DNA of 64,000 nucleotides from Histomonas meleagridis 2922-C6/04-290x (Eukaryota; Protista; Parabasalia), in contig JAANOX010000237.1 of the NCBI GenBank assembly GCA_020184695.1, forward strand, positions 1 through 64,000, in the 5' to 3' direction. This document shows positions 43,871 through 55,063 of the stretch, one piece after another (position 1 is the first letter of the stretch; each line of letters starts with the position of its first letter). The position numbers and the translations under genes were made by a program. The notes below the pieces were generated by a model. That model had not been told where the DNA came from, did not search any database, and saw only the letters and a program-made list of their open reading frames with translations.

Positions 43871-45513
43871 TTAATCACCAATATCGATACCATGCATTCC
43901 TTTTTGCTCTAAAAGTAATTGAACTATTTCCATATGAATATCCTCTTCTGCATAATCAAGTGCTGTTTCAAATATTATAAATAGTTTCCAAATGTTATAA
44001 TGAGCTTCCAAATTATCAAAATAAATATCAAATAAAACAAACAAATATCTTGAGCATTAATGTCAATACCCTTTTGTGCAAGAAGCAATTTAACAGTTTC
44101 TGTATGACCCATCCAAGATGCCAAAATAAGTGCTGTATAAAATATTTTAAATAATTTCCAAATATTATTTTGAAATATCAAATTATTAAAACAAATTTCA
44201 TATAAAACAAACAAATATCTTTAGCATTAATATCAATTCCTTCTTGTTCAAGAAGCAATTTAACAGTTTCTGTATGACCATATTCAGATGCGAGCATAAG
44301 TGCTGTTCTAAATATTTTAAGCAATTTCCAAAAAAATCGATTAAATTTTAAATTATTAAAATAAATTTTAAATAAAACAAATGAATATTTTTAGCATTAA
44401 TATCAATTCCTTCTTGATCTAAAATATATTTAACAAGTTCAATATTTCCTGACTTAGATGAGAAAACTAATATATCTTTAGGAAGTTGATTTTCTTTAAG
44501 ATAATATTCAACAAGAAATATATTTCCAATTTTAGCTGCTTCATTAATAATTAAATTGCTAATTTTCATTCCTTCTCCAAGTAAATATGTAAATAATTCA
44601 TAATTATGATGTAGAAGACATTTTGCACCTAAATTTTCTATTTTATAAATTTTATTTTCATAAATATATTTAAAAATTTCATTGCGATGAAACTTAATTG
44701 CTGTTTCACATGCATATTTAAATGATGAAAGATTTTGTTCACATAAATGATTTCTTCATTTCCACCTGCAACTGCATATTTCCCTGTATTTTCTACTTTC
44801 GCACCATTCAGAAGTAAATATTTAAAACATTTAACTGATGAAAAAAATGCTGCATAATCAATTAACGTAACATTCCAATTGTTAATGAATGAACATCTTT
44901 CATAAAGTGATTCTTTAATTTTTTGATTAAAATCAAAATTTGTTTGTGATGATATTTCTTGAAGTTTTTCTATATCATCATTTCGAATTATTTTCGCAAT
45001 TTCATTTGGATTAACTCCTTCTTCAATCAGTTTTTTGTGAAGTTCCCATTTGTTATTTTTAAGTTCATCAATATTATTGACTTCATCGAAAAAATTTTTA
45101 TAATGAATGAAATAGAATGAATCTATTTTGCTAACAATATCTATATCAATACAATTATTATCGATCATTTTTATAAGAAGATAATATGCTTCATGTCTAG
45201 ATTTGCAAATAAGAAAATTTGCAAATATTTTAAATATTCTTAAATCGCTTTTTTTATTTTCTTCTATTTTATCAACTTCTTTTAAAAAGTTTAGGTACAT
45301 ATCAGAATCAGTTAATCGTATGGTGAATAATGAATATATTATTTCACTTACAATAATGTCAAATGATAATGGATGTTCTTCATAAAATTCGTTGAATATA
45401 GAATTTGCTGCTAGAAAAATATTTTCTTTATCTAAATTAAAAATAATATCTTTTATTGATTTTATTGTTTCCCATTCGTCTTGATTATTTGACTTTTTGT
45501 TGATAACTCACAT
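43871..45513 (-). pseudogene. DUF3447-type ankyrin gene, locus 2; three 80-nt inserts; disrupted
   Basis: ATG-TGA at 45513-45508; 4-nt CATT loss at ~44746. Inserts at 44307-44386, 44137-44216 and 43967-44046; last module ends in TAA at 43871-43873. Confidence 0.8.
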
Positions 45514-46495
45514 AAATTTATTAAAATGACTTATCCTGTTCGTAAAAAAATGTCACTTTCCAAAAAAATGACACATGCAAGTTGAAGTGACTTAACGTCT
45601 CTTCGTACGTTAATCAGCTCCTAGCTTAACCAATCTGAATTTTCAGATTTTTGCATTCGGCTCCATTCTAAGAAAACATTTTTTGCAAAAAACCTAATTT
45701 CTTTACAATCAAAATTATCTCTTTTATCATATTTTTAAATATACCAATCATCACAAAGAAGTAAATCAACATAATTAGTAACTATTCCTTCTTTTGACAA
45801 ATAACCACATTGTTCGGGTGTCACACCTTCAGTTGTTGCATTTATTGTTTTATAAGCAAATCGCATTCCATTTCTTAATTGTTCTAAACAAGTACCAATA
45901 GCTTCAATGTAATCATTACGAAATAAAAGATGTAGCATTGCTATCATCCAATTTGCACAATTATAAGTGTTATGCTATGCATGCTCTATGTGATTTAAGA
46001 AGAATTAAAAGAAAAATGATCATCTGAGCAAAGTAGGCCCTTTAAAGAAATTGGAAACGTTGAACAATTTCTTAATTAGCTTTATTCTTATGTTGTTCTC
46101 GAATAATGTTTGTGTGTCAAAGAAGTAAAGCATTGAATTCACAAATTTCGCGACACTTTTTGCTTAAGGATAAGATGCTGTTCTGATATCAAAGAGGATT
46201 AAAAGGATTTGTTGTTGAACTATAATTATAATGGTGTCACTACGAATCTTAATTAATATCTTGAGAATAAAGGGTAATAAATTTATGTTTTCTGGATTCA
46301 TTTTGATTTAGGAGAAATTTACAAAATGAGACAAGTGGATTCCGAGAAAGAAGACAATACATAACAAATTGACCATTGGTGATTGTGCTTTCAAATCTAG
46401 TCACGTCATGAATTATTTCACTTTGTTCAAACTTTTACTTAAAACAATTCCATTAATATAAAAACAAATAATAGTTTTTATTAACTCACAAACAA

Positions 46496-47260
46496 TCACA
46501 TTACATCGCTTTTCTCTTCCTTAATACGAGGGAAAATGTGCTTAACAGATCCTTTGAAAATGAAGAGTGTGCATAATGATCCAATTACGAAACCACCAAC
46601 AACATCATCTGTATGGAATTTATATTGTCGAATGTTTAAGCAACCGGTGAGAATTCCTAAGGAAAGTGGAACAATACATAAACAGTTGATGTAAATTGGT
46701 CTTCTCTTAATCATTTTCTGCATGAATAAAGTTAAGAAAAGAAATGATGAAACCGATGTTGCTGAATAAACAGATGGAAATGATTTTAATTCATCACTAA
46801 GTTCTGTCTTAGATAAAATAGTACATTCTGATGGAGAAACATCTTTACCGCAACGAGCAAAATAATCTGGTTTTGGACGACCGAAGAATGTATTCATCAA
46901 AACAACGAAAATATTAGTAAACCCAAACGAGATAATATGTCCCCAAAATATTGCAACAAGAGAGAAAGTTCTGAAATATTTATCATATTTTTTCCAACTT
47001 TGAAGTTTATAAAGAATAAAAAAGAATACCCAAACGACCAGGAGGCAACCAATACTATATATTAAATCATCAAAGAAACCACTATAAATGTATGGGAAAC
47101 TTGATAGTGAATCTGAAAAAGGTATAAAAGTTTCTAATGGCTCAAAAAACATAAGACATCCCCAAGCAACAACAAGGACTATTGCACAAATGAGATTTTT
47201 CCATTGTAATTTTTGGAACCATCGATCATCTTCATGTTCTGCGGTTGAATTCATTTTCAT
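46496..47260 (-). CDS. PAP2/lipid phosphate phosphatase-like membrane protein with degenerate catalytic motifs
   Basis: About 6 TM segments; FGRPKPDY, SFPSVYS and QYKFHTDDV occupy the C1/C2/C3 positions. Confidence 0.75.
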   Translation of the reverse strand: MKMNSTAEHEDDRWFQKLQWKNLICAIVLVVAWGCLMFFEPLETFIPFSDSLSSFPYIYSGFFDDLIYSIGCLLVVWVFFFILYKLQSWKKYDKYFRTFSLVAIFWGHIISFGFTNIFVVLMNTFFGRPKPDYFARCGKDVSPSECTILSKTELSDELKSFPSVYSATSVSSFLFLTLFMQKMIKRRPIYINCLCIVPLSLGILTGCLNIRQYKFHTDDVVGGFVIGSLCTLFIFKGSVKHIFPRIKEEKSDVM

Positions 47261-47372
47261 GAAATATTTTTAACGTTCGCCAAATACCACTTTTTGATTT
47301 TGAATCAAACCACATTATCCATTCAAAATTGAAGACAATGTCAAATATCCTTTAACAACAGCATAAAGTTAT

Positions 47373-50300
47373 ATGTCAAATCCCGTGAATTCAGATATTG
47401 ATACTTCGAACCAAAGCAGGATAGTTTCGAATGAGTTTGAACCCCAAATATTAAGTCGTATTGCTAAGCTTTTTACAAATTTTGTTAAACAAGAAGAACT
47501 TCAAATTGATTTCTTTGAAACACAAGCAGGAGAAAAAGTTGATGATTACCTTGATTTCCTCGTGCTTATGTATTACAAATTTTCGCCAACTGATGCTATT
47601 GATATTTGTCAACTTTATTCAAATGCTATCAATAATATAACAGATCATCCAGCTCATCGATTTGTATTTTTATCACACGTGATAAAGTTTTTTGGAAGTA
47701 AAGCAATTCTTCATCTTACATCAAATATACAAAATGTATTAAATCTTTATTACACATTAATCTTAGAAGTTCCTAATGACAGTTCTAACACAACCGAAGT
47801 AGTTTTATCTGTTTTCAAATATGCTGTAGATTCTTTAATTATTTCCATGAATAATGAAGTTCAAATTGCAATCATTGTAGCGGGTTGGATACAACAAAAC
47901 ACTGATCAAAGATGGCGTGAACAAATTCCGGTTGATGAACCATTCTTAAATTTCATTAAATATATAAAGTGGCCACTTATTACAGATGAAGATGCAGCCA
48001 CGATCATAGTTGTTACTATCTTAGCATTATTAGTACATAATGAAATGGATCCCAAACATGAATTAGTGATAACCGAAGCGGCCGTTTACCAAACCCTATC
48101 GTTAAAGGGGTACCCCGACCAACCAATTCTTAATTATATCTCTGAGCTTGATAAAAAAGGCTTAAAAACCTCACCTAATATGCGTGCCATTGCCACTTTT
48201 GCATTTTATTCATTATTAAGTAATAACACGATGATCATTAATTCCAAATCATTTGCTACATTAGTTCGTCTTTTAAATAATGGCATTGAATTTTCACCAG
48301 CGTTATTAATATGTGAAAGATTTCTTCAAGATATAGTTCAATCAGGTAATTCTAAGGAATCATTACATTTCAATTATTTATCATTAGTATTACGTTCAGC
48401 AGTATTAAACTTACCACGTCTTGATCCCAAAGATAAAGAGATCATTACATCTATACTTGAAATCTTTTATAATGTTGATCATAATGAAACATTCAAAATT
48501 ATAAATCAATTTTTACGTGAACAAAAATGTCCCAAAGATTTATTACAAGTATTTATTAACTTTGCTGTTGATAAAGACATTGATTTACAATTCTTTGTAC
48601 CACAAGAACCAAGTCATACTGCTAACTTTGCTAAAATGCTTGTTGTAGGAGCACGTGCAGCATTTACAGATCATACTTTTTATAACATATTATTATTTTT
48701 ACAAGCATGTATTAAAGTATTAGCAAATCCTAAAATCGATTTTAATGAAACTACTGAAGGGAAACCCAAAATTCCATATTTTAAGATATATCGTTTATGT
48801 TATTATTGTCTTTATATTCCGAATAATCCTAAAGTACGACTATTAGCATATGACATCTTAAAAGAATTAGGGAAAGTATTTCAGAAAGAGAATCCAAATT
48901 GGAAAGAATTAGAGATAAATGAACAAGCATTAATTAAACAAATTGATTATGAACTTAAAGAATTCATTAAGAAGGATTCACAACGTATCATAAAGCCACG
49001 ACAATTAATGACATTAGAAATGGAACGTAGTAAAGCATTAAATCATGTATCACGTGTTATATCGACAACACGAATTAAATTCTCGGCACGAATGTTAAAG
49101 GAGTCAGTTGAATTAGGTGAGAAAATGGGCTGTGTATATTTGTTTGATATGACTGCATGTATGATTAATCCTATTTTATTATATGATGCCGGTAAATATG
49201 CAGTACAACCATTATTATTATGTACGAAACTTACAAAGTTAAATCATTTCATGCCATTACAATATTTAGACTTTGAATATTTCGATCAAATAATGGAAAG
49301 GTTATTATCATTAGATTGTACATTAGAATTAATTCAAGCACTTGAAGCTATGACAATTAATGCAGTTAATAATATTAATAACATTAAACCGAATAATATT
49401 AATGATGAGATTACATTATTAGAGAAAATTATTAAAGAAAATCCAACAATATCAAATAAAATGTATATGTTATATAAAACTATTGATAATATATCAAATC
49501 AAATATTAAATTGTCAAGATATAACTTCATTCCCATCGATATTATTAACATGTCAAAAGATGTGTTTAGATGATATTAAAATAGATCATCCAGAAATATC
49601 AGATACACTTTTATCGACAATATTAGCACAATTACGATTCGAAACATCATTAGATACTATATTAAATGTATTACGTTTACCTTCAACTTATGATTCACCT
49701 ATGACTCCAATATTCTTTTCGAAGTTAATCCAATTATATCCTGATCAATTCATTGATATCATGAAATCAGCATATCGAATATTACCTGATATGATATCAA
49801 TTATATTATTAGAGAATCCAATTAAAGATATGAATTTCTTTACATTATTTTGTTATTTCATTAGTGATAAAACATCACCACGAATTAATAACGCGTTAAA
49901 GATGTTCATTGAATCACAATTCCCTCAAATATCTATTGAAGATGTATCAACAGATAAAATAACAAATTTGTTCTTAAAGAAAATTCCTGGTTTAGCAGAT
50001 AGTATGTTAAAATATTCAATTGAGTTCTATAATGGACAAGAACAATTAATTCAAACGCATTTAAAGTTATTAGATATATTAATACCTGCAACTAAATATA
50101 TATCAAATCCAGAAGAATTGACTGAATTCGGATTAAAATTAACTAAAAATTTGTTATTAACTACAAAACGTTTCGATGATTTTTGGAAATCAATGACACG
50201 AACTAAAGCATTAACAAAACAAGTCTTCGATATTATTATTAACAATGGAATTGAATCATATTTAGTTGATTATATATTAGAATTAACAGCTAAGAAAGAT

Positions 50301-51452
50301 GCCGTAATTCGATATGCCCAAAAGTTAATATTTAGTGAATTAACAAAATTAATATCAGCTAATCAAATAAAGCCATTAATGACATTATATAACATAGTAA
50401 CCAAAAGCAAAGAATTAAATGCTGCTTCATTAATATCGACTTGTGTTTTATTACAAATGAATCCATATGAAACTACAGAAGCTTATAAATATGTAAAACA
50501 AATCTTAAGTCCAAAAGAATTACCAACAGATCGGAATCAAATTCTGTTAATGTTATGTAAGGAATGTCAAGAAGATATTACTGTTATCTTTAAAGCGATT
50601 AAACATTTGTTTGGTACATGTACAACTATTGAACCTATACATTATTTGTTCACGATCATATTCATTTATATACCTCTTTATCCAGATCAAATATCAACGG
50701 CATTAATGAACTCGAAAGGTGATTCGCCATTAATTAACAAGGCGTTTATTGGTATATTAAAGACAAAAGAAGCAAATACAGACGATAACATAATCGACGA
50801 ATATTTCGGTATATTTTATCATCGACTTTCGAACTCGATAATGAAAATCGATTTACCTGTTTCAACTTTAAGTTATTTCTTGGATATCGGATTCATGTTT
50901 ATGGACTTAAACTTTAAACAATTTAACCGTGGATTCTTGGAATATATATTAAACTTAAACAAGAAAAATTATTTCGCAAATGCGCCGCCAAGTCAATTAA
51001 ATAATTTGGTAATGTTCGAGTTATATGGCGATGAAATGATAATCGAAATTTCAAAAATATTTAATAAGAAAATAATCGAAAAAGTGAACGATAAAGTGGC
51101 AAAGTTTTGGTTGAATACTATATTAAAAGGTGACGAAAAGTTTCATAACGATGAAAACTTCTTCGATAGTATTAAAAAGGCTGTGGTATTCGGTGATAAA
51201 ATTAATTTGATGCTGATTTCAAGGCTGTTGAATAAGTCATTAAAGAAGAAAGAGAAATTGTTGCCAATGATTACCGATTTAATTATATTCTTGTTAAAGT
51301 CAAAAGAAGTTAAGAAAAATAACGCACTCAACTTGGTGAAAATGATAGAGGAAAAATTCGGTGAATTTAAGAACTTGGAAAACGTCGCAACAGTGAAAAT
51401 ATTTACTAAGAAACTGAATGATTTTGAAAAATACTTCAGTTCATCTAAATAA
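47373..51452 (+). CDS. Large helical hypothetical protein (1359 aa)
   Basis: Uninterrupted 4-kb ORF, Leu/Ile-rich and alpha-solenoid-like; no motif recognised. Confidence 0.85.
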   Translation: MSNPVNSDIDTSNQSRIVSNEFEPQILSRIAKLFTNFVKQEELQIDFFETQAGEKVDDYLDFLVLMYYKFSPTDAIDICQLYSNAINNITDHPAHRFVFLSHVIKFFGSKAILHLTSNIQNVLNLYYTLILEVPNDSSNTTEVVLSVFKYAVDSLIISMNNEVQIAIIVAGWIQQNTDQRWREQIPVDEPFLNFIKYIKWPLITDEDAATIIVVTILALLVHNEMDPKHELVITEAAVYQTLSLKGYPDQPILNYISELDKKGLKTSPNMRAIATFAFYSLLSNNTMIINSKSFATLVRLLNNGIEFSPALLICERFLQDIVQSGNSKESLHFNYLSLVLRSAVLNLPRLDPKDKEIITSILEIFYNVDHNETFKIINQFLREQKCPKDLLQVFINFAVDKDIDLQFFVPQEPSHTANFAKMLVVGARAAFTDHTFYNILLFLQACIKVLANPKIDFNETTEGKPKIPYFKIYRLCYYCLYIPNNPKVRLLAYDILKELGKVFQKENPNWKELEINEQALIKQIDYELKEFIKKDSQRIIKPRQLMTLEMERSKALNHVSRVISTTRIKFSARMLKESVELGEKMGCVYLFDMTACMINPILLYDAGKYAVQPLLLCTKLTKLNHFMPLQYLDFEYFDQIMERLLSLDCTLELIQALEAMTINAVNNINNIKPNNINDEITLLEKIIKENPTISNKMYMLYKTIDNISNQILNCQDITSFPSILLTCQKMCLDDIKIDHPEISDTLLSTILAQLRFETSLDTILNVLRLPSTYDSPMTPIFFSKLIQLYPDQFIDIMKSAYRILPDMISIILLENPIKDMNFFTLFCYFISDKTSPRINNALKMFIESQFPQISIEDVSTDKITNLFLKKIPGLADSMLKYSIEFYNGQEQLIQTHLKLLDILIPATKYISNPEELTEFGLKLTKNLLLTTKRFDDFWKSMTRTKALTKQVFDIIINNGIESYLVDYILELTAKKDAVIRYAQKLIFSELTKLISANQIKPLMTLYNIVTKSKELNAASLISTCVLLQMNPYETTEAYKYVKQILSPKELPTDRNQILLMLCKECQEDITVIFKAIKHLFGTCTTIEPIHYLFTIIFIYIPLYPDQISTALMNSKGDSPLINKAFIGILKTKEANTDDNIIDEYFGIFYHRLSNSIMKIDLPVSTLSYFLDIGFMFMDLNFKQFNRGFLEYILNLNKKNYFANAPPSQLNNLVMFELYGDEMIIEISKIFNKKIIEKVNDKVAKFWLNTILKGDEKFHNDENFFDSIKKAVVFGDKINLMLISRLLNKSLKKKEKLLPMITDLIIFLLKSKEVKKNNALNLVKMIEEKFGEFKNLENVATVKIFTKKLNDFEKYFSSSK

Positions 51453-51723
51453 ATATTAAAAATGAACTTCAATTTATTTTTTAAATGGTTTTCGTGATGA
51501 GTAAATTAAATGTAACGTTTTGCTGAAATATGAGTTCACTTAAAATCAGAAAATATCATTAAAGAGATTTTGTTTTAAGACAATTATCGAAAAATGAAAA
51601 GTTATGTTATTTTTTTTTTTCATTTTTATGATATGTTTTGTTCAATATGAACTCAATTGCGTTTTCTTATTCAATTATTAGTTTTATTTATTTAAATGAA
51701 ATAATATATTTACTTGTGTTGTA

Positions 51724-52097
51724 CAAAGATTACTTATAATTTTGTTTCCAATTTTCAAACATATCATCGAAATTATGTAAAACATATTATGTGCAATGTT
51801 TCATAAAAAAAATGAAAATAGATCCATTTGCATTAATTAGTTTTGTTTATAAAAAGGAAATAATATCATTACTTATGTTTTACAAAGATTATTTATTATT
51901 TTTTTTCCAATTTTCAAACATATCATCGAAATTCTGTAAAACATATTATGTGTAATGTTTCATAAAAAAAATGAAAATAGATCCATTTGCATTAATTAGT
52001 TTTGTTTATAAAAAGGAAATAATATCATTACTTATGTTTTACAAAGATTACTTATTGTTTTGTTTCCAATTTTCAAACATATCATCAAAATTCTGTA
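51724..52097. repeat. 159-bp tandem repeat (2 full units plus a partial) containing the Cdc16-like gene 3' end
   Basis: CAAAGATT unit starts at 51724, 51883 and 52042; units are near-identical. Confidence 0.9.
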
Positions 52098-53448
52098 AAG
52101 GTTCCACACTAACATAACTCAGCACAGGATTTTGTATAACTTTTTGCATCGCGTCCTCCATCATTGTTGCTGCGAATGCGTTATCCGGCCTTATCTTCAG
52201 CACTTTAATATATTTCTCAATTGCCTCGTCATATAACAACATCAAATGCAACGTGAAACCCAAATTCAAAACAGCGTCAACATTATCCGGCTCCTTGTCC
52301 TCTATGTCCACCAACAACTCCATTGCTCTTTCCAAATTTCCATTTCTTCTTTGAGCAGTTGCGCAATTTATTACATACTCAGTACAACAGTCATCGCACT
52401 GCAGAGCTCGTTCAAGTATCTCCGCGGCCTCTTTGTACTTTCCTTGTTTCAACAATATGCAGCCGATTTCATGTAGAACATAACCAGTTTTCTTACAGCG
52501 ATTAAAATGCGCAATCGCCATTGCGTTTTCGCCGCATTCAGAATAAAGCCTTCCGGCCCACATGTACAATAATTCCATTTCTGGAAACGCATGCGCTGCG
52601 ATTAGTATGACATTAAGTGCTGTTCGAGGATCGCCATCCATCCAATGCGTGGCTGCATAACAAACCCACGCAGGCGCAAACGATGGAGAAAGACGAATAC
52701 ATTTTAAGAGAAGTGAACGAGCTGCTTCAGAACGCTCAATTAATATCATGTGACAACTCATGGCAAATATCGATAATAAAGCTTCATGGTTCTTGTCAAA
52801 AAGACGTTGCGCTATGACATAGAGATCGGATCGCTTGTTACTACGAAGACAACATGATACATAAGCAGTGATAACACGAGGTGATGTGGGATGTTTGGCG
52901 TAAAGTTCTGAAATCCTATCGAAGGCGGTTTTTTCTTCTTGATTATAAAACCAAGAAAGCGATGCATATTCTTTAAGGGAATTAATATGATTTTGTGGCG
53001 CTTTTATCTTTGAAATAAGATCATTGAAAGTGGATTCAGAGATAAGATAATGAGAAAGTAATTTTTTAAGTGGTGGAAGGAAAAATGGATCTTTTAAAAA
53101 TGAATCTGTAAAACATGAAATGGATGCTTGATAATTTTGTTGTCTAAGATAACAAACACCTTTGATATAAATAATTTTAGGATCTTCTTGAAGTGAAGTA
53201 CATAAAGAATCAATATATATTTGACAATCTTTATATTTATAGACTTTGCAAAGAGATGTCAAAAACCAAAATTGGAAATTTGCTGGTAAAGATCTTGGAT
53301 CTGAAAGAGAATCAACATATGAAATAATTCGATGATATTGTTTTCGAATAAATAGTTTTTGGCAGAAATCAACAGGGTCTTGTGTGTTTAAGTTTTCATC
53401 TTCGAGTTTAGATAAGAAATTTAGAGCAAATTTCGGAATATTTTCCAT
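52048..53448 (-). CDS. CDC16: TPR protein, APC/C subunit Cdc16/APC6-like
   Basis: FAPAWVCYAATH...AAHAFPEMELLYMWAG resembles the Cdc16 TPRs; multiple TPR repeats. Confidence 0.7.
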   Translation of the reverse strand: MENIPKFALNFLSKLEDENLNTQDPVDFCQKLFIRKQYHRIISYVDSLSDPRSLPANFQFWFLTSLCKVYKYKDCQIYIDSLCTSLQEDPKIIYIKGVCYLRQQNYQASISCFTDSFLKDPFFLPPLKKLLSHYLISESTFNDLISKIKAPQNHINSLKEYASLSWFYNQEEKTAFDRISELYAKHPTSPRVITAYVSCCLRSNKRSDLYVIAQRLFDKNHEALLSIFAMSCHMILIERSEAARSLLLKCIRLSPSFAPAWVCYAATHWMDGDPRTALNVILIAAHAFPEMELLYMWAGRLYSECGENAMAIAHFNRCKKTGYVLHEIGCILLKQGKYKEAAEILERALQCDDCCTEYVINCATAQRRNGNLERAMELLVDIEDKEPDNVDAVLNLGFTLHLMLLYDEAIEKYIKVLKIRPDNAFAATMMEDAMQKVIQNPVLSYVSVEPLQNFDDMFENWKQNNK

Positions 53449-53538
53449 TAGTTTTGTTGGAGGACGTTTTGAAATTCGTTGACATGTGATGTGAAATTCA
53501 TTAAAATGTTGTAATTGAAATAAACGGTCGATGGTTCA

Positions 53539-54369
53539 ATGCAACAAAAAGCAGAAACAGAAACAAAGCAACTCGAAGTCAAATTTATTGATGATATACA
53601 TGATGAGAATCACCGCCCTCATCATATATATCATTGTACTTGCAATATGACTGATAGTGTTTGTTTGGCAAAAGAAAATTCACATCATGAAGGTGAAAAA
53701 TTACAATTTTATCATCAATCACCTTTGGATCTTATCCTTCCCAAATTTTATGGCATATACGTTTCTCTTGGGTTACCATATATGATTATTGAAGATTTAG
53801 ATGCTGGCTTCAAGTCACCATGTCATTGTGACATTAAACTTGGTACTCGTCAATGGGAAATTGGTGCATCCGATGGTTTTCGTGTGAAACTTATTCGTAA
53901 GAATGAAATCTCCATTTCCCGTTTTTTAGGCATTCGATTAGTTTCCATTCTCATCCAACGAAACAAAAAGATCATTCTTGACACCTCCAAGTCACAAAAC
54001 TGTTATATTTCCAAAGAACAATTTATCCAACAAATGCGAGATTTCATCCCACCACCTCATTTGTTATCTTTTATTCAACAGCTTATTAAGATAAATTGTG
54101 TGTTCTCCTCCTTCATTGAAGCCAATCCGGGATTTAGAATATATGCAAGTTCACTCTTCATGTCATACGACGGCGACGACTTAAGCAAAGAGCCGCGTTT
54201 GGGGCTAATTGACTTTGCGCATTCGCATTTCGATATACGCACTGAGGGATATGATATAAATGATGCGAATTTGGACGATGGAGTCGAATTGGGACTTCGA
54301 AACTTATTGGAAATTGTTAAATCGTTTGTGCCTGATCCAAATGCAACAGACTACCATACATACTTCTAA
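53539..54369 (+). CDS. Inositol polyphosphate kinase (IPK/IPMK family)
   Basis: PxxxDxKxG (PCHCDIKLG), SSL (YASSLF) and IDFAH motifs. Confidence 0.9.
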   Translation: MQQKAETETKQLEVKFIDDIHDENHRPHHIYHCTCNMTDSVCLAKENSHHEGEKLQFYHQSPLDLILPKFYGIYVSLGLPYMIIEDLDAGFKSPCHCDIKLGTRQWEIGASDGFRVKLIRKNEISISRFLGIRLVSILIQRNKKIILDTSKSQNCYISKEQFIQQMRDFIPPPHLLSFIQQLIKINCVFSSFIEANPGFRIYASSLFMSYDGDDLSKEPRLGLIDFAHSHFDIRTEGYDINDANLDDGVELGLRNLLEIVKSFVPDPNATDYHTYF

Positions 54370-54649
54370 TAAAAATGTAAATATTAATGTTCTTTACGCG
54401 AAGTGAAATTATTCGAAACATTTCTTACTTTGATTTTACATTTGATCTTTCTTGTTAAGGACGGACTGTATAAAGAAAATGGCTTTTGAGCAGCTTTTTC
54501 GAAGTTATTTAACAACGTTTTTTTATAATGAAATATAAGTGCTGTTGAGCATGATTGTGACAAATGTATGAATGTATTTCTATAAAGTATTAACAAAATA
54601 TAAATTTTCATCTCTTATTGTTTCATTGTAATCATTTATTCTTAAACTT

Positions 54650-54910
54650 TTATTCCTTATCTACATAACAAAAGTATTTCATAATTTCCACATTTAAAAA
54701 AATATATTCTAAGTAATTAAATAATTTTGTGTTCATCTTTAAATGTTCAATGATTTCTTCATTTCCTCCTGCAATAGCATATTCACACATATTGTTTGCT
54801 TTAGCATCATTCATAAGTAAACCTTTATCTGTAGAAAAAAAAAAAGCTGCATAACCAATTAATGTAACTGTTTTTTCATTAATAAATATGAACATCTTTC
54901 AAAAATTGCT
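54650..54910 (-). pseudogene. Fragment of a DUF3447-type ankyrin gene
   Basis: TLIGYAAFF and YAIAGGNEEII are homologous to loci 1-3; no start and no ankyrin array. Confidence 0.7.
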
Positions 54911-55063
54911 TGATTAAAATGAATTCTTCAAGTATTCCAATTTCACCGAATCTAATTCTATATGAAATTTCGAGCAAAATATTTAAAAAATGGAATTTAA
55001 ATTTAAACATTTTTTATGTCAAATAATTTTATCACAACAATTTATTCATTTTGTACAAACAAA

